Positions 1 through 10,575 of a stretch of DNA of 64,000 nt are shown here, piece after piece. Position numbers and translations under genes: made by a program. This DNA comes from an uncultured Planctomycetota bacterium. GTDB taxonomy: Bacteria > Planctomycetota > Planctomycetia > Isosphaerales > Isosphaeraceae. Location of the stretch: positions 4,032,001 through 4,096,000 of the forward strand of contig CAVTTN010000002.1 of assembly GCA_963737655.1 (NCBI GenBank), in the 5' to 3' direction. Position 1 is the first letter of the stretch. The number at the start of each line of letters is the position of its first letter. The notes beneath the pieces were generated by a model. The model saw nothing but the letters and a program-made list of their open reading frames with translations. It made no database searches and had not been told where the DNA came from.

Positions 1-2
1 CC

Positions 3-2012
3 TCCCTGGACGACTCGCGGGTCACGCCCGCCCATGCGCTCAACGACGGCCAGAATTATCACCCCACGAATCGCTGGGTCCTGTTCGGCCACCACTTCGC
101 GGCGATCTCGGGCGCGGGGCCGTTGATCGGCCCGGTCCTGGCGATCCAGTTCGGCTATCTCCCCGGGCTGATCTGGCTGGTCGTCGGCGTCTGCCTGGCG
201 GGGGCGGTCCAGGACATGATGGTCCTCGCCCTCTCGACCCGCCGGGGCGGCAAGAGCCTCGCCGGGATCGCCCGGGACGTCCTCGGCCCGGTCGCCGGGA
301 GGGCCACGGCCGTGGCCATCCTCTACGTGATCGTGATCGCCCTGGCCGGGCTGGGGATCGTGGTCGTCAAGGCCCTCGGGGGCGAGGAAGTCGCCATCGC
401 CGGGGGGACCGAACTCACGCTCCCCACCGACGCCCCCATCCTCAGGTCGTTCAAGGCCGGCTCGCCCGACACCGTCTATCAGATCCCCGCCGGGTCGCTC
501 TACCGATTCGGGAAAGCCGCCGACGACACCCTGAGGTTCGCCGAGCCGTTCGCGATGGCCGTCCCCGCGAAGACCCCGCCGAAATTCCTCAAGGAAGGCG
601 GGATCGTGGTCCCTTCCGGGAGCCGGAGGCTCGTCCCCGGGAGCTCCTGGGGCACCTTCACCATCTTCTGCACGATCCCGATCGCCCTGGTCGTCGGCCT
701 CTACATGTATCGGCTCCGCAAGGGGAAGGTCCTCGAGGCGTCCTTCCTCGGCGCGGTCGGAGTGCTCGGGGCGACGGTCGCCGGCGCGTGGATCCCGGGC
801 TCGGCTTTGGAATCGACGTTCTCCCTGGGCCGCGACCAAACGATCCTGATGATCGCCGCGTATGGCTTCGTCGCGAGCGTCCTGCCGGTCTGGCTCCTGC
901 TCTGCCCGAGGGATTATCTCTCCAGTTTCCTCAAGATCGGCACGATTGCGCTCCTGGTGGTCGGCGTGATCCTCGCCAATCCGAAGCTCCAGGCCCCGGC
1001 GATCAACGCGCATTTCGCCTCGGGGGGCGGGCCGTACTTCAAGGGCGGGATCTTCCCCTACGTCTTCATCTGCATCATGTGCGGGGCGATTTCCGGGTTC
1101 CACGCCCTGGTCTCGTCCGGGACCACGCCGAAGATGATCGACCGGGAGAGCGACGTCCGGGCGATCGGCTACGGGGCGATGCTGATCGAAGGTCTCGTGG
1201 GCGTGGTGGCGCTGATCGCCGCGGCGAGCCTGCCGAGCTCGATGTACTATGACATCAACATCGACCTGGCCCGCCGCCCCGAGTTCGCCAAGACCCTGGC
1301 CGTGATGGAGTTCGACGGCGACGGCGGGCATGCCGAGCTGGTGGACATGGAGCGCAAGGTCGGCGAGTCGCTCCAGGGACGGACCGGGGGCGCCGTGACG
1401 TTGGCCGTCGGGATGGCGCGGATCTTCACCCGGGCCCTGCCCTGGGCCGATCGCCTGATCGGGTTCTGGTACCACTTCGCCATCATGTTCGAAGCCCTGT
1501 TCATCCTCACCACGATCGACACCGGGACCCGGATCGGCCGGTTTTTGGTCCAGGAGTTCCTCGGGAAGATCTGGAAGCCCCTGGGCGACCTGGACTGGCT
1601 CCCCGCGTCGTTCCTGGCCACGGGCCTGGTCGTCTTCGGCTGGTCGTATTTCATCTACACCGGCACCGTGGCGACGATCTGGCCGATGTTCGGGATGGCG
1701 AATCAGCTCCTCGCCCTGATCGCCCTGACGATCGTGACCTCGGCCCTGGTGAACGAGGGCAAGGCCCGATACGCCCCCTTGACGCTCGTCCCCGCCCTCT
1801 TCGTCGCGACCACCACGCTCTCGGCCGCGTATCTGGAAGTCACCGGGACCTACTGGGGATGGATCCAGAAAGGAGACGTCGCCAAGGGCTGGTTGAATAT
1901 CGGCCTGACCGGCCTCCTCGTCGCCTGCGTGGCCGTGATCGCGACCTCGGCGATCGTCCGATGCCTCCGAAAGCCGGCTCCAGGGCCTCTGGAATCGATC
2001 GTCAAGGCTTGA
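3..2012 (+). CDS. cstA: Carbon starvation protein A (CstA/YjiY peptide/pyruvate transporter), 5' partial
   Basis: Frame open from window start. Motifs TPAH..NDG..Y.PTNRWVLFGHHFAAISGAGPLIGPV, CGAISGFHALVSSGTTPKMI, GYGAMLIEG and IWPMFGMANQLL; many TM helices. Confidence 0.93.
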   Translation, partial: SLDDSRVTPAHALNDGQNYHPTNRWVLFGHHFAAISGAGPLIGPVLAIQFGYLPGLIWLVVGVCLAGAVQDMMVLALSTRRGGKSLAGIARDVLGPVAGRATAVAILYVIVIALAGLGIVVVKALGGEEVAIAGGTELTLPTDAPILRSFKAGSPDTVYQIPAGSLYRFGKAADDTLRFAEPFAMAVPAKTPPKFLKEGGIVVPSGSRRLVPGSSWGTFTIFCTIPIALVVGLYMYRLRKGKVLEASFLGAVGVLGATVAGAWIPGSALESTFSLGRDQTILMIAAYGFVASVLPVWLLLCPRDYLSSFLKIGTIALLVVGVILANPKLQAPAINAHFASGGGPYFKGGIFPYVFICIMCGAISGFHALVSSGTTPKMIDRESDVRAIGYGAMLIEGLVGVVALIAAASLPSSMYYDINIDLARRPEFAKTLAVMEFDGDGGHAELVDMERKVGESLQGRTGGAVTLAVGMARIFTRALPWADRLIGFWYHFAIMFEALFILTTIDTGTRIGRFLVQEFLGKIWKPLGDLDWLPASFLATGLVVFGWSYFIYTGTVATIWPMFGMANQLLALIALTIVTSALVNEGKARYAPLTLVPALFVATTTLSAAYLEVTGTYWGWIQKGDVAKGWLNIGLTGLLVACVAVIATSAIVRCLRKPAPGPLESIVKA

Positions 2013-2047
2013 GGGCGAAGACAGCCCCATTCGTTGAGGGCATTCCT

Positions 2048-2119
2048 TGTAGGGTCCGCTATTGCGGACCTCGTCGCGACGACGCGAAATCGAAGAGGTC
2101 CGCAATAGCGGACCCTACA
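2048..2119. repeat. REPIN-like doublet of GTAG-family REP palindromes
   Basis: Perfect 25-bp inverted repeat TGTAGGGTCCGCTATTGCGGACCTC at 2048-2072 and 2095-2119. Each arm is GTAG plus the internal palindrome GGTCCGC-TATT-GCGGACC. It lies between convergent genes. Confidence 0.8.
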
Positions 2120-2156
2120 GGCGATCGTCTCTTCTCCCGAGCGGCGCGAACGTCCC

Positions 2157-3770
2157 TCATCCGGCCGCGACCGCCCCGGTCGCCACCGACTTCTTCATGA
2201 GGAAGACCAGGAGCAGCGCGGCAAGGGCCATCAAGGTGTAAATGGCGAAAATATCGAGATACGCCATCTCGCGGGCCTGGCGGCCGACCATCCCCCGGAG
2301 GATGCCCATCGCCTGATCCTGGGCGGTCGCGGAGGTCACCCCTCCCCGGAGCATCCGGGCCTGGACGATCGGTTGCAGGGTCCTGGAGACCGCCGGGTTG
2401 GTCGGCGTCACGTGCTCGGCCAGCCTCAGATGGTGGAACTGGGCCCGGCGATCGACCATCACCGTGACGATCGCGATGCCCAGGCTCCCGCCCTCGTTGC
2501 GGAGCATGTTGAAGATGCCCGCCGCGTTGTTGATCTGGTCCTTCGGCAAGTAAACGTACGCCGCATTGTTCAGGGGGACGAACAGGAGCCCCACGCCCGT
2601 CATCTGGACGCATCGCGGCAGGACCAGGGCGATCGGCGAGACGTCCAGATTCAGGTGGGCCTGCCAGTAGCTCGCCCCGGCCAGGGCGACCAGGCCGAAC
2701 GGGATGATGAACCGCGCGTCGATCCTCTTGCCCAGCAGGAACCCGACCACCGGCATCATCGCCATCGTGCAGAAGGCCGCCGGCGAGAGGATCAGGCCGG
2801 CGTGGAAGGCGTCGTACCCGAACAGCTCCTGGAGCATCTGCGGTGTGTCCACGTTCGCCCCATAGAGCACGGCGAACGCCAGGTAGATGAGGACCCCGCA
2901 CGCCAGGAAGTTCCTCTCGCCCAGCAGGCGAAGGTTGACGATCGGCCGGGGGTGGCGAAGCTCCCAGACGACGAAGACCGTGAGCGCCACGGCCATGATC
3001 GCGAAGAACGCCTGGACCCGGCCGAACGGGTCGCCGAACCAGTCCCACTCCTGCCCCTTCGCGTACAGGACCTCCAGGGAGCCCAGGCCCAGCGAGACCA
3101 GCCCCAGGCCGATGTAGTCGATGCTCAGGCCCTTCTTCCACGCCTGCTTCCGCTCCTCCTCCATCCCGGGAGGGTCCTGGACGATCAGGTGGGTCAGGAA
3201 CAGGGACAGGACGCCGATCGGGATATTGATATAAAAAATCCACCGCCAGGAATAGTTGTCGCTGATATATCCGCCCAGGACCGGCCCGAGGATCGGCGCG
3301 ACGACGACCGCCACTCCATAAAGGGCCATCGCCATCCCCCGGAGGTTCGCCGGGAACGTGTCGATCAGGATGCCCTGCTCCGACGGCTGGAGGCCGCCCC
3401 CGCCGATCCCCTGGAGGATCCGGAAGAAGATCAACATCTCGATATTTGGCGCCGCCCCGCAGAGGGCCGAGCTCACCGTGAACAAAAACACGCACGTCAT
3501 GTAGAACCGCTTCCGGCCGATCAGCCCGATCAGCCATCCCGAGAGCGGCAACACGATGGCATTGGCCACGAGGTAGCTCGTGAGGACCCAGGTCGCCTGG
3601 CTCCGGCCGACCGAGAGGCCGCCGGAGATGTAGGGCAACGCCACGTTGGCGATCGAGGTATCGAGGACCTCCATGAACGTCGCCAGGGTGACGGTCAACG
3701 CCACGATCCAGTGATTGACCGGGGCGCGGACCTTCGGCGCGTCGCCCTGGGCGTTCTTCGGCTCGCTCAT
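2157..3770 (-). CDS. DHA2 family MFS efflux permease (EmrB/QacA)
   Basis: Motifs FMEVLDTSIANVALP, WVLTSYLVANAIVLPLSGWL, FRILQGIGGG and WRWIFYINIPIG. Confidence 0.93.
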   Translation of the reverse strand: MSEPKNAQGDAPKVRAPVNHWIVALTVTLATFMEVLDTSIANVALPYISGGLSVGRSQATWVLTSYLVANAIVLPLSGWLIGLIGRKRFYMTCVFLFTVSSALCGAAPNIEMLIFFRILQGIGGGGLQPSEQGILIDTFPANLRGMAMALYGVAVVVAPILGPVLGGYISDNYSWRWIFYINIPIGVLSLFLTHLIVQDPPGMEEERKQAWKKGLSIDYIGLGLVSLGLGSLEVLYAKGQEWDWFGDPFGRVQAFFAIMAVALTVFVVWELRHPRPIVNLRLLGERNFLACGVLIYLAFAVLYGANVDTPQMLQELFGYDAFHAGLILSPAAFCTMAMMPVVGFLLGKRIDARFIIPFGLVALAGASYWQAHLNLDVSPIALVLPRCVQMTGVGLLFVPLNNAAYVYLPKDQINNAAGIFNMLRNEGGSLGIAIVTVMVDRRAQFHHLRLAEHVTPTNPAVSRTLQPIVQARMLRGGVTSATAQDQAMGILRGMVGRQAREMAYLDIFAIYTLMALAALLLVFLMKKSVATGAVAAG

Positions 3771-5440
3771 GGCGGACCCGCCCCGGCCTCGGGGTCGCGG
3801 TTTTCCCGGAGGCTGCCCGCCGGCCCATCCCCCACGTCGATCGGCCTCCGACTTCCGAACGCATGGAGCCGTTGCCCGGCCCCCGGGCCGGTCGGCGCCT
3901 CCTTGAACCTCACGTGAGGGACCACCGAAAGCCCGGCGAAGAGCGGCGTCTCCTCCGGGATCGGCCCGGACAGCTCGATCCTCACCGGAAGCCTCTGAGT
4001 GACCTTCACGTAATTCCCCGTCGCGTTCTCGGGCGGCAAGAGCGACTGGGACAGGCCCGTCCCCGGGCTGAACCCGGCGACCCGGCCCCGGAACACCCTG
4101 TCGGGATAGGCGTCCACGTGGAGATCCACGGGCATGCCGATCCGGATGTCCTGGATCTGGGTCTCCTTGTAGTTCGCCGAGATCCAGACGTACGAGGGCC
4201 GGATCGACACGAGCGATTGGCCCGGCTCCACGCGGTTTCCCGGGTGGACCTGGCGATCCTGGACGTACCCCGCCACTTCCGAGCGGACCTCGGTCCAGCT
4301 CAGGCGGAGGAGGGCGTCTTCCCTCTGGCGGTCGGCCCGTTCGACGGCCGCCAGCGCCACCCGGACGGCCGGGGCCTGTTCGATCACCGCTTCCAACCCC
4401 TCCCCGGCCGATTTCCCGCCCCCGGGGCGGAGGAAGTCCTCGAACGCCTTCGCCTGGTCGGCCTCTTTCGGGTCGAACGGGATGCCGAGCTCCGCCAGGC
4501 TCGACGCGATGTCCGAGACCGCCGTCTGGACCGTCGATTGGCTCGTTTCGAGGTCCGGCGGGACGTTCAGCGGGTCCTCATAATTCGGCGCCAGGCCGAG
4601 CGCCGATCGGATCTCCTGAATCTCGGCCCAGGCCACCTTCACCTGCTCGTCGGCGTTCTTGAGCGTGTTGTTCCTGGTGTCGAGTTCGGCCTGGGTCGCC
4701 GACCCCCGGGCCACGAGGTTGGCGAGCCTCTTCTGGTCGATGTCGGCCAGGGCCCGGCTCGATTCCCGGGCCCGGAGCTCGGCGACCCGGGCCTTGAGGC
4801 TGGCGATCTGCTGACGGAGCCTCTCCTGGGCATTCTTCCGGCGGTAGTAGCTCGCCCGGGCCCCCGCCAGTTGCGACCGGACCCGGGCCCGGGCCTGGAT
4901 CAGGTTCGCCCCGGACTCCCGGACCGACGCCTCGGCCTGCGCCAGCGCCACCTCGAACGGCTGGCGGTCGAGCCGGACGAGGAGCATCCCGGGCTCGACC
5001 CGGTCGTTCTGATCGACGAGGACCTCGGTCACCACGCCATCGACCCGGGGGCTCACGTAGGTGATATGCCCCGCCACGAACGCATCGTCGGTCGAGACCG
5101 TGTCGAGCATCTCCCGGACCATCGGCACGCCCCAGTGGACGGCCGCCGCCACGATCGCCACGGCCGCCCCGCCGATCAGGAGCCATCGCAGCCAGTGCCG
5201 TCTCGGGCGTTCGGGAGGCTCGGGAAAGGCCGGATGCCCCTTCTCCGCCAGCCGGGTCCCCTGGGCGTCGGCGATCACGAACGAATCGACGGGCGCGGGG
5301 ATGTCGTCCTTCTCGCGATCCTCGGGCGTCCCCGGGACGCGGACCGTCTCGGCGAGGGCCGGGCCCGCCGTGGCCGTCGCCGTCGCCGTCTGAAACCGGT
5401 ACGCCTGGCCGTTCCCCGGAGTGTTCATCCTCGCGGTCAC
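3767..5440 (-). CDS. HlyD/EmrA family membrane fusion protein
   Basis: TM anchor followed by STDDAFV, a coiled coil, ANYKETQI and LLPPENATGNYVKVTQRLPVRI; 4-bp overlap with the MFS gene. Confidence 0.92.
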   Translation of the reverse strand: MTARMNTPGNGQAYRFQTATATATAGPALAETVRVPGTPEDREKDDIPAPVDSFVIADAQGTRLAEKGHPAFPEPPERPRRHWLRWLLIGGAAVAIVAAAVHWGVPMVREMLDTVSTDDAFVAGHITYVSPRVDGVVTEVLVDQNDRVEPGMLLVRLDRQPFEVALAQAEASVRESGANLIQARARVRSQLAGARASYYRRKNAQERLRQQIASLKARVAELRARESSRALADIDQKRLANLVARGSATQAELDTRNNTLKNADEQVKVAWAEIQEIRSALGLAPNYEDPLNVPPDLETSQSTVQTAVSDIASSLAELGIPFDPKEADQAKAFEDFLRPGGGKSAGEGLEAVIEQAPAVRVALAAVERADRQREDALLRLSWTEVRSEVAGYVQDRQVHPGNRVEPGQSLVSIRPSYVWISANYKETQIQDIRIGMPVDLHVDAYPDRVFRGRVAGFSPGTGLSQSLLPPENATGNYVKVTQRLPVRIELSGPIPEETPLFAGLSVVPHVRFKEAPTGPGAGQRLHAFGSRRPIDVGDGPAGSLRENRDPEAGAGPP

Positions 5441-5548
5441 CTTCGCCCCGACCGTCGCGGAGGGAGGGCGGTCTCCCTCGGCGGTCTGTTCGCGAGGATT
5501 CCGGGTGCAACTGCGATGCCATCGGCCCGGTCGGGCGATCCGTCCTCC

Positions 5549-6978
5549 TCAAAGGTCGCCCACGGCCCTCCTCAGGCGGAACATCGCCAGGGCCTCGTCG
5601 TAGACCGCATCATAATAGTTCGTGAAGCTCTGCACCCGCCGTTCCTCGGCGTCGAGGACTTCGGTGTAAATGCTCAAGCCCTGATTGTATCGATCGATCA
5701 CGACCTTCACGTTCTCCTCGGCCGAGGCCACCGAGGCGGACGCGACGACCACCCTCTGGCGGGCCTCGTTCACGTCGAGCCATCGCGAGCGGACCTGCAA
5801 GGCGATGTCGGCGGCGAGGTCGGCCTTCTGCCGGAGGATCGCCCGTTCCTGGTGCCGGAGGGCGTCGGCCCTCTTGCGGGTCTGGCCGCCGTCGAAGGCC
5901 GTCCAGTTCAGCACGAATGACCCGGTGAAGATGTTGGGATTCACGATGTTGTCGTTGCCCGGATACAAATAGGCGCCGACCGCCGCGACCTGGGGCCGGA
6001 TGTTGGCGAGGGTGGCCTCCGCCTGGTCGCCGGTCGCCCTCGCCCGTTCGGACAGGTTGGCGAGCTCGGGGCGACCGCGAAGGGCCCGGCCGGTCAACTC
6101 GTCCACCTGAGCCTCGTTCAGCCCGGCGAACTCGGGCGAGGAGCGGACCGCCGAGGCCGCCAGGTCGTCCAGGCCGACCCCGAGGGCGCGGTCGTGAGCT
6201 CGTCGAGCGGCACCACCGTCGTCAGGGGACGACACAGATAGCGATTATAGGTGGCCCAGGCGGTGTCGAGGTTCTTGATCGCGGTGATCTCGCGGAGTCG
6301 GGCGTTGGCCAGCGAGACCTCGGCGGCCAGCTGCTCGTTCCGGGTCGCGAGCTGCTGATCCTTGCGATTGGTGACGTCCCGGGCGAACGAGGCGAGCCGG
6401 GCGACGTCGCTTTGGGCCACGTCCAGGTCTTTCCTCGCGCGGAGGATGCCCACATACGCCTCGGCCACCGTCAACTTCAGGTCCAGGGCGGCGCGGAACT
6501 CCTCGGACCTCTGCGCGTTGAGCTGATGCCCGGAGGAATCGATGGTCCTGCGAATCCGGCCGCCGCTGTAGAGCGGGATCGTGATGTAACTGAACGAAAA
6601 CGGGACGTCATGCTGATTCGGTCCCAGGATCGGGATCGGCTGGCCCGCGAACCCGGAGGGAGTCCCGCCGATGGTCGGCGACGAACCGGCCGCCGTCCCG
6701 GGGACGCCCAGGTTCGGCTGAAAGTTGGTGCGGATTCGCGGCGACTGGCTCAGGAAGGTGTTCGCATCCAGGGTGCGAATGCTGGGCAGGCGGGCCGCCC
6801 GGGCCGCGCCGAGGTTCAGCCCGGCGGCCTGCGACTCAAGCTGGCGGGCCTGGAGCTGGCCGTTGACTCGCAGGGCGATCCCCCACGCGTCGTCCAGGCT
6901 CTCGGCCCGGCCGTCGGTGACGAGGGCGCCGAGAGCGATCGCGATTGCGAGGCCGGCGACGAATGGACGTAAGATCAT
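5549..6978 (-). CDS. TolC-family outer membrane efflux protein (split by a frameshift near 6180)
   Basis: ORFs 6118-6978 (signal peptide, TIPLYSGG, VAEAY) and 5549-6235 (RPEL, FDGG, RYNQGLS..EVLDAE) join if one G is restored in a GGGG run. Probable sequencing indel. Confidence 0.82.
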
Positions 6979-7322
6979 CCTTCGGGTCTCCCCTCCGTGG
7001 GAGCCGGGCGGGCGGGCGTGCCCTGTCGATCGCGAGATCGAGGCGAGGTTCGTCCCGGCGGAGGGCCGAACTCGTCCAGGATCGAGGATCGGCGAATCGT
7101 CCGCGCAGAATCATCCGAAGGCAAGTCCGACCGTGCCGGAAATCGCGGAAGCGCCGGCCGCGAGGTTCGCGCCGGCGCCCCGCGGACGAACCCGGTTTCG
7201 GGAGTTGTCTTGTCGGCGGCCTCCATCCTGGGTTCCGCCGGTCCTTGAACCGGAAACATCCTGGAGGGAGATCCCGCGAGCCTCGGGCCGCCCAGGTCGG
7301 CGGACGGCCCGAGGGGGATGGC

Positions 7323-8876
7323 TCAAACCTTCGTCGGCACCGAGGCACCGCTGGCTTCGGCCCCTCCGAAGCGGTCGGCGCCGCCCCGGGCGAGGACGCT
7401 GTGCGCTTTCCCATATCCGAAGTAGATGGCGAACCCGATGGCGAGCCACACGAACAGACGGAGCCAGTTCTCGCCCGGCAGGGAGAACATCAGGAGGAGA
7501 CAGGTCGCAATCCCGAGGATCGGCGTGAGCGGCACCAGAGGGGCGCGGAACGGGCGCTCGGCGTCGGGATTGGTCTTTCTCATGATCAGGACGGCCGCAC
7601 AAACGATCACGAACGCCATCAACGTGCCGATGTTGACCAGCTCGGCCAGGACGCGAAGCGGCAGGAACGCCGCCATCAGGCCGACGAAGACGCCGGTCAG
7701 GATCGTGGATTTCCACGGCGTGCGGAACTTCTCGTGGACCGCCCCGAAGAAGCTCGGAGGGACCAGCCCGTCCCGGGCCATCGCCAGGAAGATCCGGGGC
7801 TGGCTGAGCATCATCACCAGCAAGACCGACGTGATGCCGGTCAGCGCCCCCACCGAGATCAAGAAGTTCGCCCAGGGCATCCCCCGGCTCTGGAACGCGG
7901 CCGAGATCGGCGCCTTGATATCGATCTGTTCGGAGGGGACCATCCCGGTCAGGACGGCGGCCACCGCGATGTACAGCAACGTGCAGAGCACGAGCGACAC
8001 GATGATGCCGATCGGCAGGTCGCGGCGGGGATTCTTGGCCTCCTCGGAATGGGTCGAGACCGAGTCGAAGCCGATGTACGAGAAGAAGATCATCGCCGCC
8101 CCGGCAAAAATCCCCACGGGCTTGCCCCCCGCGTCCGAGGAGCCGAAGATCGTCTTGCCGAAGAACGAGATCCCGGTCCAGCCCTTGGGGGCGAACGGCG
8201 TCCAGTTCTTGGGATCGACGTAGAACGCGCCCACGATGATGACGAACGCCACGATGGCCAGCTTGACGAGGACCATCCCGGAATTGAAGCCGACCGATTC
8301 CTTGATGCCTCGCACCAGGATCACGGTGATGATCGCCGTGATGACCAGCGCGGGGAGGTCGAGATAGCTGCCGGTGAGCTGGAACTTGCCCGTGTCCGGG
8401 ACGTAGTCGAAAGGTGCCCCGGCGATGATCTTCGGTATGTCCACCCCGAAGATCAGGTGCCAGAGCTTCTGGAAATAACTCGACCAGCCACTGGCCACGG
8501 TCGAGGCCCCGACGGCGTATTCCAGGACGAGGTCCCAGCCGATGATCCAGGCGAACAGCTCGCCGAGGGTGGCATACGCATACGTATAGGCCGACCCGGC
8601 CACCGGGACCATCGAGGCGAACTCGGCGTAGCACAGCGCGGCGAACACGCAGGCGATCCCGGCGAAGACGAACGAGAGCATCAGGGCCGGTCCCGCCTTG
8701 TCGTGCGCCCCCTCGCCGATCAGGACGAAAATGCCGGTGCCGATGATCGCGCCAACGCCCAGGCTGGTCAGGCCGACCGGCCCGAGGACGCGCCTCAGCC
8801 GGTTCTCGCCCTTCTCCTCCTCCAGAAGCATGGCCAGGGGCTTCTTGGCCCAGAGTTGGCTCTTGGTCGGACCCAT
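7323..8876 (-). CDS. APC family amino acid permease (cationic amino acid type)
   Basis: Motifs LGVGAIIGTGIFV, CYAEFASMVPVAGSAYTY and FFSYIGFDSVST.SEEAKNP; start taken at MGPTKSQ. Confidence 0.92.
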   Translation of the reverse strand: MGPTKSQLWAKKPLAMLLEEEKGENRLRRVLGPVGLTSLGVGAIIGTGIFVLIGEGAHDKAGPALMLSFVFAGIACVFAALCYAEFASMVPVAGSAYTYAYATLGELFAWIIGWDLVLEYAVGASTVASGWSSYFQKLWHLIFGVDIPKIIAGAPFDYVPDTGKFQLTGSYLDLPALVITAIITVILVRGIKESVGFNSGMVLVKLAIVAFVIIVGAFYVDPKNWTPFAPKGWTGISFFGKTIFGSSDAGGKPVGIFAGAAMIFFSYIGFDSVSTHSEEAKNPRRDLPIGIIVSLVLCTLLYIAVAAVLTGMVPSEQIDIKAPISAAFQSRGMPWANFLISVGALTGITSVLLVMMLSQPRIFLAMARDGLVPPSFFGAVHEKFRTPWKSTILTGVFVGLMAAFLPLRVLAELVNIGTLMAFVIVCAAVLIMRKTNPDAERPFRAPLVPLTPILGIATCLLLMFSLPGENWLRLFVWLAIGFAIYFGYGKAHSVLARGGADRFGGAEASGASVPTKV

Positions 8877-9042
8877 TCGAAATCTCCGCGGACAGATCGA
8901 TGGACGGGGATGAGCTCGGAAATGAGCATGGCAGCGGCGCGCGGGAACGGCCGGGCCGGCCCGGGAGAGGAGGACGCAATAGTCTGCCGAGTCACCGTCC
9001 GCGATTCCAGCCCTAACCCCCCATTCCGGGCGGATTATCGGT

Positions 9043-10575
9043 TCAACGAAGGCTCGAAACGGGCCGACGCCTCCCCAGGGCATAAACCGGCAGACCCAGG
9101 AGCACCAGCCCCAGCCCCGGCCAGGTCGTCGCCGGTTGGTACACGAAGAGGACGACCAGGATCGCCGCCGCCCCGGCGATGTATAGGGCCGGGACGAACG
9201 GATAGCCCCAGGCCCGATACGGCCGCTCCGCCCCCGGGCGGAGGATTCGGAGCCGGAAGATCCCGGCGATCGTCAGGATGTAGAAGATCAGCGCGGCCGA
9301 GATCACGTAATTGAGCAGGTCGCCGTAGAGGTTCCCGTATTCATGTTGATCATTCACCGTCTTGAACGTCCGAGGCAACACCAGGGCCGCCGCCCAGAGG
9401 CCCTGGATCGCCAGGCCCCAGGCCGGCACCTTCTCCGCATTCAGGCGTCCGGCGGGCGCCGGGAACAGGCCGTCGCGGGCCATCGAGTAATACGCCCTGG
9501 CCCCCGCAAGGATCAATCCGTTCACGCATCCGAGGGTTGAGATCATGATCGCCCCGGCCATGATCCGCCCGCCTCGCCCGGGGAAGATCGCGTCCATCGT
9601 GGCCGAGGCCACGCGGTCCTTGTCGGCGTGCTGGATCGCCGGGAACGGCAGGGTCACGAAGTAGGCGAGGTTCGCCAGCAGATACAGGCCGATCACCACG
9701 GCCGTCCCGGCGGCCAGGCTGATCGGGATCGTCCGCCTCGGGTCCTTCACCTCGCCCGCGGTGAACGTGATGTTGTTCCAGGCGTCCGAGGAGAACAGCG
9801 AGCCCGTCTGCGCCAGGCAGATCGCCACGAACAGGCCGAAGGCGGTCGCCGCCGTGAGGCCGGGGGACAGGTCGATCACGCCCCGGGCGGCCCAGAAGTC
9901 GCCGAAATTCGCCTTCACGGCCGACTGGTTCCAGCCCCAGATCAGCCCGACGACGATCAGAGCGATCAGGGCGCCGGTCTTCGCCGTCGTGAAGACGTTC
10001 TGAATCAATTTTCCGTAATCCAGCCCCCGGGTGTTCGTCCACGTGAGCGCGGCGATCAGGACGAGGGCGACGGCCTGGACTCGCGAGAGGGACACCGCGT
10101 AGCCCGGCGCCAGGTGGATCGGCGAGATCAGATAGGCCCCCTCGTCAATCCAGGGGATCAACACGCCGGCATATCGGGCGAAGGCCACGGCCACCGCCGC
10201 GATCGTCCCGGTCTGGATCACGGTGAAGAGCGTCCAGCCGTAGAGGAACCCCCAGAGCGGCGAGTACGCCTCGCGGAGATAGACATATTGGCCGCCGGCC
10301 CGGGGCATCATCGCGGCGAGCTCGCCATAGGAGAGCGCCCCGGCGATCGTCAGGACTCCCGTGAGCACCCAGGCCATCAGCAGCCATCCCGGGCTGCCGA
10401 TCATCCGGCCCATCTCGGCCGAGACGATGAAGATCCCCGAGCCGATCATCGACCCGATCACCACCATCGTCGAATCATACAGGCCCAGACCCCGACGGAA
10501 CTCGGTGTCGAGGGCGGAGGAGGGATCGCCCGGGGGCCCCGAGGGCGAGGAGGCCGGAACGTCGGTCGAGGCCAT
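9043..10575 (-). CDS. APC family amino acid permease (LAT/SteT-like)
   Basis: Motifs GSMIGSGIF, YGELAAMMPRAGGQYVYLREAY, AGEVKDPRRTIP and RPYRAWGYP. Confidence 0.92.
   Translation of the reverse strand: MASTDVPASSPSGPPGDPSSALDTEFRRGLGLYDSTMVVIGSMIGSGIFIVSAEMGRMIGSPGWLLMAWVLTGVLTIAGALSYGELAAMMPRAGGQYVYLREAYSPLWGFLYGWTLFTVIQTGTIAAVAVAFARYAGVLIPWIDEGAYLISPIHLAPGYAVSLSRVQAVALVLIAALTWTNTRGLDYGKLIQNVFTTAKTGALIALIVVGLIWGWNQSAVKANFGDFWAARGVIDLSPGLTAATAFGLFVAICLAQTGSLFSSDAWNNITFTAGEVKDPRRTIPISLAAGTAVVIGLYLLANLAYFVTLPFPAIQHADKDRVASATMDAIFPGRGGRIMAGAIMISTLGCVNGLILAGARAYYSMARDGLFPAPAGRLNAEKVPAWGLAIQGLWAAALVLPRTFKTVNDQHEYGNLYGDLLNYVISAALIFYILTIAGIFRLRILRPGAERPYRAWGYPFVPALYIAGAAAILVVLFVYQPATTWPGLGLVLLGLPVYALGRRRPVSSLR

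Noticed and set aside
2059..9314. Long alternative-frame ORFs (e.g. 2059-3864, 3863-5920, 6945-9314; likewise 35294-37330 and 35904-38084)
   Set aside because: Arg/Gly/Pro-rich shadow frames of real high-GC genes, with no recognisable motifs.
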